This document shows, in pieces, positions 37,323-48,791 of a stretch of 64,000 nt of DNA (position 1 is the first letter of the stretch; every line of letters begins with the position of its first letter). This stretch comes from Albugo candida. Lineage: Eukaryota. The DNA lies in contig JBDOQK010000001.1 in NCBI GenBank assembly GCA_040437565.1, positions 806,001 to 870,000 on the forward strand. The letters run 5' to 3'. Under the pieces are notes generated by a model that was not told where the DNA came from, did not search any database, and worked only from the letters and a program-made list of their open reading frames with translations. Made by a program: the position numbers and the translations under genes.

Positions 37323-38778
37323 TCATCTACCTGTCGAACACGTATTTTGTGATCTACTTTGCTTCAATGATGATTGTTGCCTCTTTTTATCTTTTAGGTA
37401 TCGAGAGTAGATGAAAAGCACCAAGTCGATCAGATCTTGCTTTTCTTTGCATGTGTTATCGTTGTAACCGGCACGCCTGATTATCGTTCTCAGTTCCACT
37501 ACGCTCATTGTTGCGATTGATTCTAATGATGTTCCGGGTTCCAACGGGTTTGGCACTTCGCGATATGAGGATGCCGATGATTTACTTTTGTGACAAGAAG
37601 ATTGTGGAATGGTAACTCTGTCACGCTCTAACGGTAACAGTCCGATCATGACTCGAATGAATTGTATGGCCTGGAAGTACCCTTCTTGAGGCCTTGGACT
37701 ATTATGACCACCCTTGAATGTATACAACTGCTTTGGGCCTTTGTGCTGTTTATACAATTCCTTGACATGTTCTGGACGAACCAGATTATCACTTAGTCCT
37801 AACATGTAATATGCTGGAACTTTGCACCTTCCAGAGTTAATGATTAAATCAATGCAATGTGTGATTCTCTCGCATATCTTACTTGTGCACTCGATCAATT
37901 GGCCTCAGTTTGAACATATCAAACTTCGCTCTGCGTTTGATGTCTCTTCTCATCAGTTGCATCACCGCTTTCACAGCAAGTTTCGGTACTGCGACTTTCC
38001 CATCACTTACTAACTCAGTGGCAAGTTGCTGAAGCGAGGAGAAGGGTGAGTCCAGTACCATCGCATGTATCTTGAGATCTTCTTCAGCATATAAGAGCGA
38101 TGCAACAGCACCCATACTACGTCCCCATAATACAATACTACCAGCTTCATTTGTACTATTGATATAATGCACAGCAGCAGCGATATCTAGCTTTTCATGA
38201 TACCCAAGAGAAACGTATTTTCCCTACTACTTGTTAAGGTTTTTCCATCACAATATTTGCTTACACAGTCCGTACCTCAGAGTTTCCTGATCCTGCAAAA
38301 TCTAACGAGAAGACCGAAAATCCAGCTGGAACACCAATGCGCACGATGTCTAGACTTCCAACCCTGCAGGAACAATTGCCATGAAGTACAATGATGCATG
38401 GTGGTCGTTTGTTAATGGCTTCGTATTGATTTGAATTGGTATTCTCGTTGTAAAGCGAACTGCCATATCTTCTACTATCGAAATTTGGTTTCCACCAGCT
38501 GCACTCTAAATTAAATCCTCCCTTGTTCTTGAGCTGCAAGTCCAGGCGATTCGTGAGTATACCATCGATCAAGACTCTTTTAGGTCCAAGATCCTGAATT
38601 GTGTATTCTGCTCGTATCGGACGGATGACATTCTGCACAAGTACCTCGTATCCATCCTTCAACATTGCCCATATCCCACGTCTTGGGTCCTGTTGTGCCA
38701 CTACAGCAGTAGGTGAAATATCAGTGTATAACTCTCTCCAAACGAATTAATAAACGCACCTGACTTATCGATTGTCAT
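37323..38778 (-). CDS. Alpha/beta hydrolase, multi-exon
   Basis: LHGNCSCR, DFAGSGNSE, nucleophile elbow WGRSMG, LDSPF, D-x-L-V and GGHNS. A small first exon starts at ATG 38778. Confidence 0.9.
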
Positions 38779-39185
38779 GATTCCCAGTAAAGCGTGACAG
38801 CCTCAAGAATTTCTGCTCGCTTTTCTGCCGTCGATAGACAGCCTAGATTGTTCTTATTTTATACACTGTTATATTTCTTATCGAATCATCAGATGCTTCG
38901 TGCCAGAGAAACGTGTGATTGGGTACGTGTGAAAGCTTCGGTTAGGAATAGGAAGGGTATAGGCCGTGTGAGTAAGAAATGACAAATTGCTCACTGTGCA
39001 GCGTGAGAGATTAGCATTGCGAACCGTTGTCGGCGATACATTGTACCTTACGCAGAAAGCTACAAGAAAGCTCAATGTGAAGCTGTACGAAGGATTAACT
39101 CGTAATGTGTCTCGCGAAGTGCAGGTATCGCACAGAAACGATGATGCAGGGTACCTCTTGAATATGGGCTGGGTGCAGACATAGG

Positions 39186-40340
39186 TCAGACATGGAAATT
39201 AGACAAATCCAAGTCCCAATTATGGCTAGCCATACGACTGGAAAGACCATTTTGGCTCGGTTGAAATTTCTCAAATCGGCGGGGTGGGCTGGTCGTTTTA
39301 CAAGCCTGCCTGTGACTTTCGTGACGCGAAGACGAGATAGGAGAATATTCCGACCATGTCTTGGAATTCGAAGTCCGACGAGTCAGTATGCGATCACGAG
39401 GAGAACTTGAGATTTCTGATTTTGGCTCCTCCTTGGAGCAGGAACACACACCTGAAGTTTCCTTCCGTCTACCGTCTCGTTTGAGAGAGTTTCTTGTTTG
39501 GAGTGTTTCTAGTGTCGATTGCACTGAGCGGGGAGAGAGATTTGCTGGAGAGCGATTTGAACTTTGGATTGAGTCCGGGGATTTCGTTCTTATTTGTACA
39601 TTGCTTTCTGATCTTGTGTATGATCGAGGAGAACACTGCAACTCAGACAATGGTTTTCGCCCCATTTGAAGTGTTTGTTGCGATTGGATCGGTCGGTCCA
39701 TGTTGGTTCCTTGATCCACTTTATCCACCGCAACGCATCGGTTCTTGTATGCGCACTGCTTGAATGACACTTGCAAAAAATCTTCCTCAGGGCGTGGGTC
39801 AGGTTTACATGGAACCGTGTTCACACTTGCATTTTTCCTATTCAAATGTGCAAGAATTTGATCATTGATTTCCCGCTCTCTTTCGCCAAGCAGAGCTTCT
39901 TTTTGTTCTCTTAGTCGAAGTAGGTCCGAAAAGGGAAGCTTGCAGTCATGGATGATTGTCTTCTTCGCACTTATCTCTCTGTTGACGAAATTACGAGTTT
40001 TTTCACTTCTTTTTTGTTCCACGTTGACCGTTCTTCCAAAAGGCACTATTGAAGGAGCTGGAGCCTCTAACGTCCGGTGGCGATGACTTGCTTCAACCTC
40101 CTTTCGAATGAGATTATCAAGCACCAGGGACATTTCCTGTAAAGTTAGAGGAAATTTGCCATCTGCTTCAGGCATCTTTCTTCTCATGCGGATATCATAG
40201 TTTTGCAAAAACTTGGTGTGAATAGCTTCGAGCACACGCCTGGATATTTGCTCAACTGAGTTTTGAGGGTCTATAGACGTACTATTTTCTGAGGCGAGCA
40301 TACTGTCCGATCCAAGTAAGGTGTTCCTAATGTTAGACAC
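39186..40340 (-). CDS. Hypothetical Ser/Arg-rich protein with short coiled coil
   Basis: 384-codon open frame; the first in-frame ATG is 40301. No family recognised. Confidence 0.6.
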   Translation of the reverse strand: MSNIRNTLLGSDSMLASENSTSIDPQNSVEQISRRVLEAIHTKFLQNYDIRMRRKMPEADGKFPLTLQEMSLVLDNLIRKEVEASHRHRTLEAPAPSIVPFGRTVNVEQKRSEKTRNFVNREISAKKTIIHDCKLPFSDLLRLREQKEALLGEREREINDQILAHLNRKNASVNTVPCKPDPRPEEDFLQVSFKQCAYKNRCVAVDKVDQGTNMDRPIQSQQTLQMGRKPLSELQCSPRSYTRSESNVQIRTKSPDSIQSSNRSPANLSPRSVQSTLETLQTRNSLKRDGRRKETSGVCSCSKEEPKSEISSSPRDRILTRRTSNSKTWSEYSPISSSRHESHRQACKTTSPPRRFEKFQPSQNGLSSRMASHNWDLDLSNFHV

Positions 40341-40467
40341 TCATAGGGTGACCGTAGAGAAGAGCGACTGTTTCCAGCCACTTTGTACTGCCAGCACGTG
40401 TGCACACTCATGATAGTGTACGTGGTGTAAGGTTGTGTTAAATCGTACCAGCTAATTCCGAATCACC

Positions 40468-42438
40468 ATGCTATTCACCCGTTCGCCTGTGTACGCTCGA
40501 CACGGTATGGTGGCTACGTCACAACCGCTTGCTAGTGACATAGGACTATCGATTCTTAAGCGAGGAGGGAACGCTGTGGATGCTGCCATTGCTGTCGCAG
40601 CGGCTCTGGGGGTGCTCGAACCGTGTTCTACAGGGATTGGTGGAGACTGCTTTCTACTATTTTTTGATGCAATTACAAATCAGGTATCCGGACTGAACGG
40701 AAGTGGAAGGAGTCCTTCGGGTATTACTTTGAAAAGTGTGCAAGCAGATCTGACGCAAAATGACGGAAACGTCCCATTTCGCATACCAGTTGAGCATGGT
40801 CATAGTGTCACAATTCCTGGAACCGTTGCCGGCTGGATTGATGCAGTTGAATGCTGGGGGACTTTGCCTTTGAGAGAAATTCTCTCTCCATCGATTAAAC
40901 TTGCTCGCGAAGGATTCCCAGTAGGGCCAGTTACCTCGGAATTATGGATGAGTTGCGAGTCAACCTTGGCTGCGCGAGCAAATGGATCAGATCTTCTCTG
41001 TGATGGCAAAGCACCTGCTCCCGGATCTACATGCTACAATGAGTATCTAGCACAAGTGCTGGAGGAGATTATAAATAACGGGAAAGCAGGCTTTTACAAA
41101 GGCTGGGTGGCTAAAGCTATTACTCAATCTGTCAGGGAAGCCGGTGGTGCTCTGAGCATGGAAGACTTGGCCTCTCACAAATCGGATTTTGTGAACCCGA
41201 TCAAAACAGAATTTGCAGACTTGGACGTTTACGAAGTACCTCCAAGCGGTCAAGGGATCGCTGCTTTACTAGCGCTGAACATAATGCAGCGATTTCGTCA
41301 CGAAAACCAGTGGGAAGTAAAGCACAACAGTGCAGGATATCTTCATGTACTCACTGAAGCACTCCGCCTAGCATTTACTGACGCACAATGGTATGCTTGT
41401 GATCCAGATCACTACGCAAGCTCCAACGATGCNNNNNNNNNNNNNNNNNNNNNNNNNNNNNNNNNNNNNNNNNNNNNNNNNNNNNNNNNNNNNNNNNNNN
41501 NNNNNNNNNNNNNNNNNNNNNNNNNNNNNNNNGGGATCGCTGCTTTACTAGCGCTGAACATAATGCAGCGATTTCGTCACGAAAACCAGTGGGAAGTAAA
41601 GCACAACAGTGCAGGATATCTTCATGTACTCACTGAAGCACTCCGCCTAGCATTTACTGACGCACAATGGTATGCTTGTGATCCAGATCACTACGCAAGC
41701 TCCAACGATGCCACTTCGTGCATACCATTAGAGCACTTGCTCAGCAAAGAGTACGCGAGTGAGCACGCATCCAAGATTAGGATGGAATCTGCCATTGTCG
41801 ATCCGAAAAGAGGTAGTCCAGAGCTTTATTGTGACACCGTAAGCTTTCAAGTTGTTGACGTTTGGGGGAATGCTGTATCCATGGTAAATAGTGTTTACGA
41901 GGCATTTGGATCAAAAATCATTCCAAAAGATTGTGGCTTCGTACTTCAAAATCGGGGCAGTAATTTCTTCTTACTTCCCGGAAAGCATCCACATCCTAAT
42001 ATGTTGGGATTCAATAAACGACCTTACCACACGATCATTCCAGCCATTTCAGTGTTCGCTGGCTCCAATGCCTTGCACGGGTCGTGGTCATGTATGGGAG
42101 GCTTTATGCAGCCACAAGGTCATGTGCAGCTTCTGTGCAATTTATGCTGGTTCAAAATGGATCCACAGGAAGCGATTGATGCCCCGAGGCTGTGTATCCA
42201 CGGATATGATCAATTGCGTCATGTAGATGATACAAGTTTACAAATATCACTAGAGCACGGCATCGATGAAAGCGTTGTTCAAGCAATGCGATCATTAGGA
42301 CACAATGTTGGTCCTATTTGCAACATCAAGAAACAAAGCGTCTTTGGTCGTGCTCAGATGATTTTGAAAGATCCATCAAATGGTTTGTTGGTTGGAGGCT
42401 CCGATGGCCGAGCAGATGGATGCGCCATGGGATTTTGA
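40468..42438 (+). CDS. Gamma-glutamyltransferase (Ntn-hydrolase, YwrD-like), intronless; internal duplication is a gap artefact
   Basis: GMVATSQPLA, GGNAVDAAIA, TGIGGD, catalytic Thr (CDTVSF), LQNRG, KRPYHTIIP, MGGFMQPQGH and GGSDGRADG. 41254-41432 is repeated at 41533-41711, so the true length is about 563 aa. Confidence 0.93.
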   Translation: MLFTRSPVYARHGMVATSQPLASDIGLSILKRGGNAVDAAIAVAAALGVLEPCSTGIGGDCFLLFFDAITNQVSGLNGSGRSPSGITLKSVQADLTQNDGNVPFRIPVEHGHSVTIPGTVAGWIDAVECWGTLPLREILSPSIKLAREGFPVGPVTSELWMSCESTLAARANGSDLLCDGKAPAPGSTCYNEYLAQVLEEIINNGKAGFYKGWVAKAITQSVREAGGALSMEDLASHKSDFVNPIKTEFADLDVYEVPPSGQGIAALLALNIMQRFRHENQWEVKHNSAGYLHVLTEALRLAFTDAQWYACDPDHYASSNDXXXXXXXXXXXXXXXXXXXXXXXXXXXXXXXXXXGIAALLALNIMQRFRHENQWEVKHNSAGYLHVLTEALRLAFTDAQWYACDPDHYASSNDATSCIPLEHLLSKEYASEHASKIRMESAIVDPKRGSPELYCDTVSFQVVDVWGNAVSMVNSVYEAFGSKIIPKDCGFVLQNRGSNFFLLPGKHPHPNMLGFNKRPYHTIIPAISVFAGSNALHGSWSCMGGFMQPQGHVQLLCNLCWFKMDPQEAIDAPRLCIHGYDQLRHVDDTSLQISLEHGIDESVVQAMRSLGHNVGPICNIKKQSVFGRAQMILKDPSNGLLVGGSDGRADGCAMGF

Positions 42439-42480
42439 CTGAATCGTTTATCTACCAATCATTTGATTCACACGATCATA

Positions 42481-44693
42481 ATGAGACTTGATGTAATTTG
42501 CTCTTCCAAAGATCGAGTTTTTCAGCTGTCAGAGCATCTTGGAACATTTCATAAGCACGTATTTTACAAAGGGAAGTCTATAAATGAGTGACATCCATCA
42601 CATCGAAGCGACGGTCCCGCGAAGAGAGATGAAGTACGGATTCTCATGTCTGTAAGCTGCAAGTGCTCCACCCCGAAATGAAAAGAAGATATGAAAGACT
42701 TGCGATGAACTACGTGACAGTCAATTTCATGTTCGAAGACGAAAACGAGCAAAGATCATTGACATCACATCTTTTGGATATATTTGCTCACAAAAACGCA
42801 ACTGTCCCAGACCTGAGCTCCTTTGTATGGTTCAACGTCGACGATGCGTTCTCTTTTGATCGTATCGATGTCGATTATTTCTTTTCACATTTTTTTTGTT
42901 CTTTGCAGATTATAAAATGGCATTTTACAATTCATATGAAGTTGTCACCCAATGTTTGGAGATCTCACATGACGAATGAACACATGCTTCCGTTGCCTCA
43001 CTTTCAGCCTCTAACTGCCCGGATAAGTAATGGTGGCATGTCAAATGCGCAGAACGTATTTCTCACTTTTCAACCAGCCCAGAGAAACGTGACTGGGATT
43101 ATCCATGGGATCTGAGTGGTAGTGTGTACACAAGTTCATCTGTGGCCTTTATAGTGCAAGGGAATCTAAGGAAATATGATAGAGATGGAGTCAATCATCC
43201 CAGCGTATTAGAGCTTCATGGTAATCAATACTTGAAACACTAGTTTAAACTTGAAAGTGTACAATGCGGCTGTCTATCTCGAGTGGCCATGCAATTGCTA
43301 GCTATGAATCAAGTTCAAGATGTTTTCAAGAATCCTCTTTACACAATGCAGCTGATCACTAAAGAAGGAACGAGTTGCATTTCTTCTACATCGAAGTATT
43401 TGGAGCAATGAGGCGGGATATACTTTCAATGAGCTGTACTACAAAACGGACCGTTTCTCGAGCGTGCACATTGGCCAAGTGAGCCTTATCAGTGATGGAT
43501 CAGATCCGTGTCCAATCAAAGCTAAACCTTTGGTATCCATCGTCATCCCCGCATATAATGCTGAGCATTATGTGGAGGAAGCTATGCGTAGTATAATGAA
43601 TCAAACCTACCCTACAGAAATCTGGGAATAGTTGTCATTGACGGTGCCAGCACCGACTCCACACGGCACATTATTGAGAATCTGATGAAAGAGGATAACC
43701 GCATACACTACTCAAAATCCGAGGAATTTGGGGGTTGTGGTAGCTTTGAACGTTAGCTTCATGAAAGCTAAAGTTGCTTGCATTGCTCGAATGGATGCCG
43801 ATGATTTGTCCATGTCAGAACGTGTTGCAAGGAAGGTAGTGTTTTTAGTGAGAATCTGTATATCGACATTTTGGGTACGTCCATGACATTTGGTCAAAGC
43901 AACTTGTCTGCAGCCGATGGTCAATCATTCATTGTCCCCGATCATTACGCAATGGCAAATGCTGTTTGGATGTCACTTTGCTCACCCAGCTGCCTTGATC
44001 AGGCGCAGCGTCGTCGATCAAATAATCAGCAGAACGGGACAAAAAGTGATATATAATGAGTCCTGGTCTTGCTGCGAAGACTACGATTTGTGGCTTCGTT
44101 GTTTGTATGATCATCAGTTGCCATGGCGAGTCTAGGTGACGTGTTATTACTGCATAGAAACACGCCCGCAATATCTCAAAAAAAACGTTCGCGGCAAAAA
44201 GATGAAGCTGATAATATTATTGGCAAATACTTGCCAAGATGGATCGGAATACATGTGAGAAAGAGATATCATTCGAATGTCACGAGCATCCACAACTACT
44301 GGGAATGAGCAAAGCGATTCAGAAACCATCCAATCTTCGTCGATTTTAATGAAGCAATTCAGATAATTCACAAATTAGGCGACTATTTTCTCGGCTTTAT
44401 GCGATGAACGATTCCGTAGTATTCCATCAGAAGAAGAGCTCCAATCGGCATGATCTTATATTTGTCAGTATGTAGTCGCCAGGGAAGAAATGCTTGCCTT
44501 GGAGGCTTTTAGTGCACTGGGGATTTCACTGGTGCAGCAAATATGTGGATACCTTACTGTGAGAAAAATGAAAGAGAGGGTAGAGGAGCATTCTGTCAAA
44601 TGCTCGGCAACACCAAAGAAGCACGGCAAAAGGACAAAGAGGTGCATTTGTCCAGCTACATTGCCAAATCGATTGACTTTTAGATTCGCATAA
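42481..44693 (+). pseudogene. Two-domain glycosyltransferase (GT-A-like plus GT2) pseudogene
   Basis: The N-terminal domain has CSSKDRVFQL...FNVDD. The GT2 domain has PLVSIVIPAYNAEHYVEEAMRSIMNQTY, VVIDGASTD, IARMDADD, HFAHPAALIR and EDYDLWLR, spread over different frames with stops. Confidence 0.8.
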
Positions 44694-44849
44694 TGTTTCT
44701 TTAAGACAACCTGGTGGTTGTATGCTTTAAGCAGTATTCTCACTGAATAGTGCCGTTTTAAACAGTGATCGATGTTGCGTCACTCAGTTCGGATGCGTCC
44801 TATCCATAGTTTTAGATGAACAAGATTCGAGGTTGCAACATATTCTGAG

Positions 44850-45400
44850 TCAAAGTGTCTTGCTTTCCTGTTCAATAAAAATGCCTTGTTGCATCCTCTT
44901 GGCAAATTGCGCACATGTCATTCCATGTAATCTTTTGGATGCAAATTCATACTGTCATTGCCCACTAGTAGTTTCACACATTTCATCCGCTTCCACTCGA
45001 TGCAAGGGATGGATCACCTTGGTATCAGATTAACATGCTAAGGATGTCTTCTCATTCAATCATGGCGGCATAGTAGATAGCTGTACATCCATCACAATCC
45101 TGAAAATTGATTACGGCTAACCCACAATCTAACATAGCCTGGGCAACACTCAGATGGCCTTCTACAAAGCGAAGTGAAATGGGTGTCTCAATCTCATCTT
45201 GTCCAGGTGATTGCCAGAGCCCAGTGCAATTTCATTAAGTAGTAACAAATTTATCATAATTAATGAGCCAGCTCCAGCGGCTTTTCATGCCAAATGCTTG
45301 CACCCATTGCACTAAGAGCAATCTTGTTTACTCCTACAATGATCAAGTACCAGCGACTTTCGCATGCTGCTTGGCGACCGCAACGTGAACTGAGGTGCGA
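44850..45400 (-). pseudogene. Ankyrin-repeat pseudogene
   Basis: Minus-strand fragments VHVAVAKQHAKVA, KPLELAH and VEGHLSVAQAMLDCGLAVINFQDCDGCTAIYYAAMIE*EDILSMLI*YQGDPSL are ankyrin-like, with in-frame stops. Confidence 0.7.
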
Positions 45401-46220
45401 CATGTTCGATTACGAAATTTAACATCAGCTTCGAGGCTAATGAGCAATCGATGTGGACTTACGAGAAGCTATATACAATGCAGAAGCCCCGTTTTCATTC
45501 TTGTCATCGACATTCGCTACTCCATCCTCTATCAAATATCGCACAGCTCAACATTTATCCTGCTCGTACCAGTAGCGTCCAAAGCCGCGTTTGTATGACA
45601 ATCAACGAGTAGTCCAAAAAAATCATATGTGCAAGCTTCGACGTGGTCACTTCTGGCTGAATCATGTATCTTTCTCCCCCAACATGTACTGGATCCAAAT
45701 CACCCGCCGCATTTGCAACAACAAACGATTTCTTCCGCAATTTACATAAAGAGCCGCGATATGAAGTACTCGTTTTCGTTTGATCTGACCAATTCAAAAC
45801 GTAATGGGAGTGCTGAGTCATCACCCTAGAAATTCTTTCCAGCTGATCGCTGACGGCCCATTTAGTGCGTTATGGTAGCAATCTTATTAAATTGCATCAC
45901 GCTCACATGTCATAGCGTTATAGACCTTGACCACCTCGCTTTCTGCGATAAGAACCTTGATAGGAGCAATAGTTGTGAAAGAGGCGTTCATCGAATGCAG
46001 GTTTCTAGTCGTGGTAAATCATGGCATTCCTTAAGAAATAGACGCAAAGATCCATTGTAATACAAAGCAGGTTTTCTACAAACATTGCTGATTTCCGAGC
46101 CATTTTTTTGCCGCATGATCCAGCTCTGTGAACATCTGCACGATCAATACGAACGGTCCTAATATCAATGCGTGCGTTTTCTCCGTTGGAAAACTAAAAA
46201 AAACATTACAGTGGCGGGCA

Positions 46221-47950
46221 ATGGACTTTCACCAGACCGAGAAAGAAACGCCGTTACTGAAAGGTATCGCTGTCCAATCCTCTCCGCATGAGGATCCCAT
46301 CATCGTCTCAACTGATATTTTCTAAGGAACCGCAAGCTGATGTAGCGGGAATGACGGATATGGATGGATCACGCCATATGCAAACGGAAGCTGAGCTCAG
46401 TCTCGAAAAGGTTTCTTTCATTTATAGCCCGGAATATGATGGGTTCACAACGTTTCATGGGCCTTCGTTCATATCAGATGCAGAGTTATCCGGTGCTGGA
46501 TCCGTACTTTGATGTGACGATATATCGTCTTCATGTCATATTTGTCAATGCGCATCCCGATGGTACCGAGTACGTGTTTTAGTGCCTAATTGTACAGGCC
46601 TTGAGCTGTTTAGTATACTTGCGGAGATCGATTGTACCACCTATGAAGGATTCAAGCAAACGATTGAAGGAATTGGTAAACAATGTTGCGACGATGCGAA
46701 ATTTCTCAAGCTTGTAGGCAGCATTGATCTCCAATCCAGTCACAGAGTCTCGTTTTCTCAGGTGATGCCGCAGTGCATTAACTACATTGATGCATTTGTT
46801 CGAGATAATCACGAGTGTGCGCATGGTGCCTGCCAATTACCGATCAGCTATCATCACAGTCACAGATTTCTCTAGTGCTCGATTTCAGCAGTATCGGCTG
46901 ACGGAGGAAGACTCGTGTGCTTTTTTACAGCGAATCGCCCTCTTGTGTAACTGTTCGCTGGATTTATCTGAACGGTCCAGATGGATTGAATTTTAAGCGT
47001 TTTGCTATCAAGTATCGAACGCCATCCTCTTGCCATTGAAGATACACTTGTAATGCACGAGCGACCGAAATTTGATTTGCATGAAGAACACATTTTCCTT
47101 GTGTTTCCGGTTTGCGAATGGAGTCGATCTATGTGAATGTCAATAAGGCAAAAGTGCGCCAAAAATCTCGCTCAAAATCACGATTGAGTCTGTTCCGATT
47201 AGATTCCAGTATATCTCTTGAAGCCGGTCCAATGCCATTGAATTGTGGTGATTCTTTTCCGAATCTGGAGAAAGTAGATGACAACGAAGACCTTGTAAAT
47301 CCGGAACGAGCATGTAGCAATATCATATGTGGGAATTGTACTCTCATCACGGTCAAAGATATTGATTCGACCAATATTTTGGACGAGCTGAATCATTGAC
47401 TAATTATTCGAAATTACGGCCCAACGATGCCAAATGTCTTCTGTATGCGGTTTTGGATGTATTAGTCGACCAAGTGACAACTGTGATGATTTCCATCACA
47501 GGGGTTTTGATCGCGTTGGAATCACCAATTTGCGCTGAAGAACGATTTATTTCGTCTACCAAGACTGCTGATGCCCGCACAAAAAGTGTTGAGATACTTA
47601 GCTGGAAGCAGCAAAGACTTTGATGAAGGTGTGACCGCTTATATTCGGGATGTTTATGGTCATATGGTCCAAATTTTGGACGATATGGAGTTGCAATTAC
47701 AAATTTGTCTCCTACTGACAGAAGGCTATCGTAATCAGAAGTCCTATTAAATGAATTACGTCATCTATACGCTGGCCGTCATCACAACAGCTTTCATACG
47801 TGCACAATATTTAACTGGAGTCGATGGGATGTATTTACAAGTATGCCTGAGCTGCATAGGAAGTACGGTTATCTAATGTGCTGCATTTTGGATTGGGAAT
47901 TGCGGCTTCTTTACAAGTATAATTCAGACACAAAGTTGGATATGATAATA
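46221..47950 (+). pseudogene. CorA/MIT magnesium transporter pseudogene
   Basis: HPLAIEDTLVMHERPKFD, YSKLRPNDAKCLLYAVLDVLVD, YIRDVYGH, MNYVIYTLAVITTAFI...LTGVDGMY (degraded GMN motif) and MPELHRKYGY. Many stops and frameshifts. Confidence 0.85.
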
Positions 47951-48791
47951 CTGCACGGACTATGTATAAGATTTTATCCCAGGTTTCATGACAATCGTTA
48001 TAGAAGCTAAAATGTTGTGACCTTGTGATCCTATACGCGATTTGCGAGAAAGAAGGTTACAATAAATGGATCACACTGAGCACGCTTTCATTATCACAAT
48101 GCTGGGTCAGAAAGACTATAGATCAGTTCCTTCACGTGATAGCTGAGTCTGTCGAATTTCAAAAGGATTGGCCGCGCGTTTTTTCACAAAAGAACGTCCG
48201 TGAGTCTCCAGTAGCTTTCCTTCTCGATTCAAGAAGAGCGCTGCTGGAACTGTTTTCACACCGTATCGGTCGCCGAGCTATGTTTTGGTGTCTCGTTGAA
48301 TGTAGGGTGGTGCTATCCACGGCATGAAGTCGTAGTATAGCTCAAATTGGTCCTCAGCGCGGTCAGATTAGATCTCGAAATTGTCATGATCGTCTTTGTT
48401 TTATAATTTGATTCAGCAAAAATCGGAGTGAGTTGGCGGCATGGAGGACAGCAATGACCACTGATATACCAATGAATGTTTTGTTTTGCAGGGTTGTTTT
48501 GCTAGATCGATTCCTTTTCGGACTTTGAGTCTAGTTTTGTGTCGAGTAGCTGTATTGATCGTTTCATTTTTCCGCCGTGAGTATTGTCTATTTATCACTG
48601 AAATATACTACAGCATGAGTGGCTGTGATTCTTTCTCTGGTCAATTAAGTTATATATATCATATGTATCATAAATTGGCCATCTACTTATATTCGGATTG
48701 AAACCTTTTTCAAAGCAATTTGCTGTCTGTTATGACTTTTCGTCAAGACGAATCATTTAAGGGAGCCGCTATGGCCACAGACATTATTACT

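Noticed and set aside
41254-41711. Internal repeat in the gamma-glutamyltransferase
   Set aside because: Exact duplicate flanking an N gap; artefact.
48328-48385. tRNA-like A-box (TAGCTCAAATTGG)
   Set aside because: No B-box, T-arm or acceptor stem could be formed downstream.
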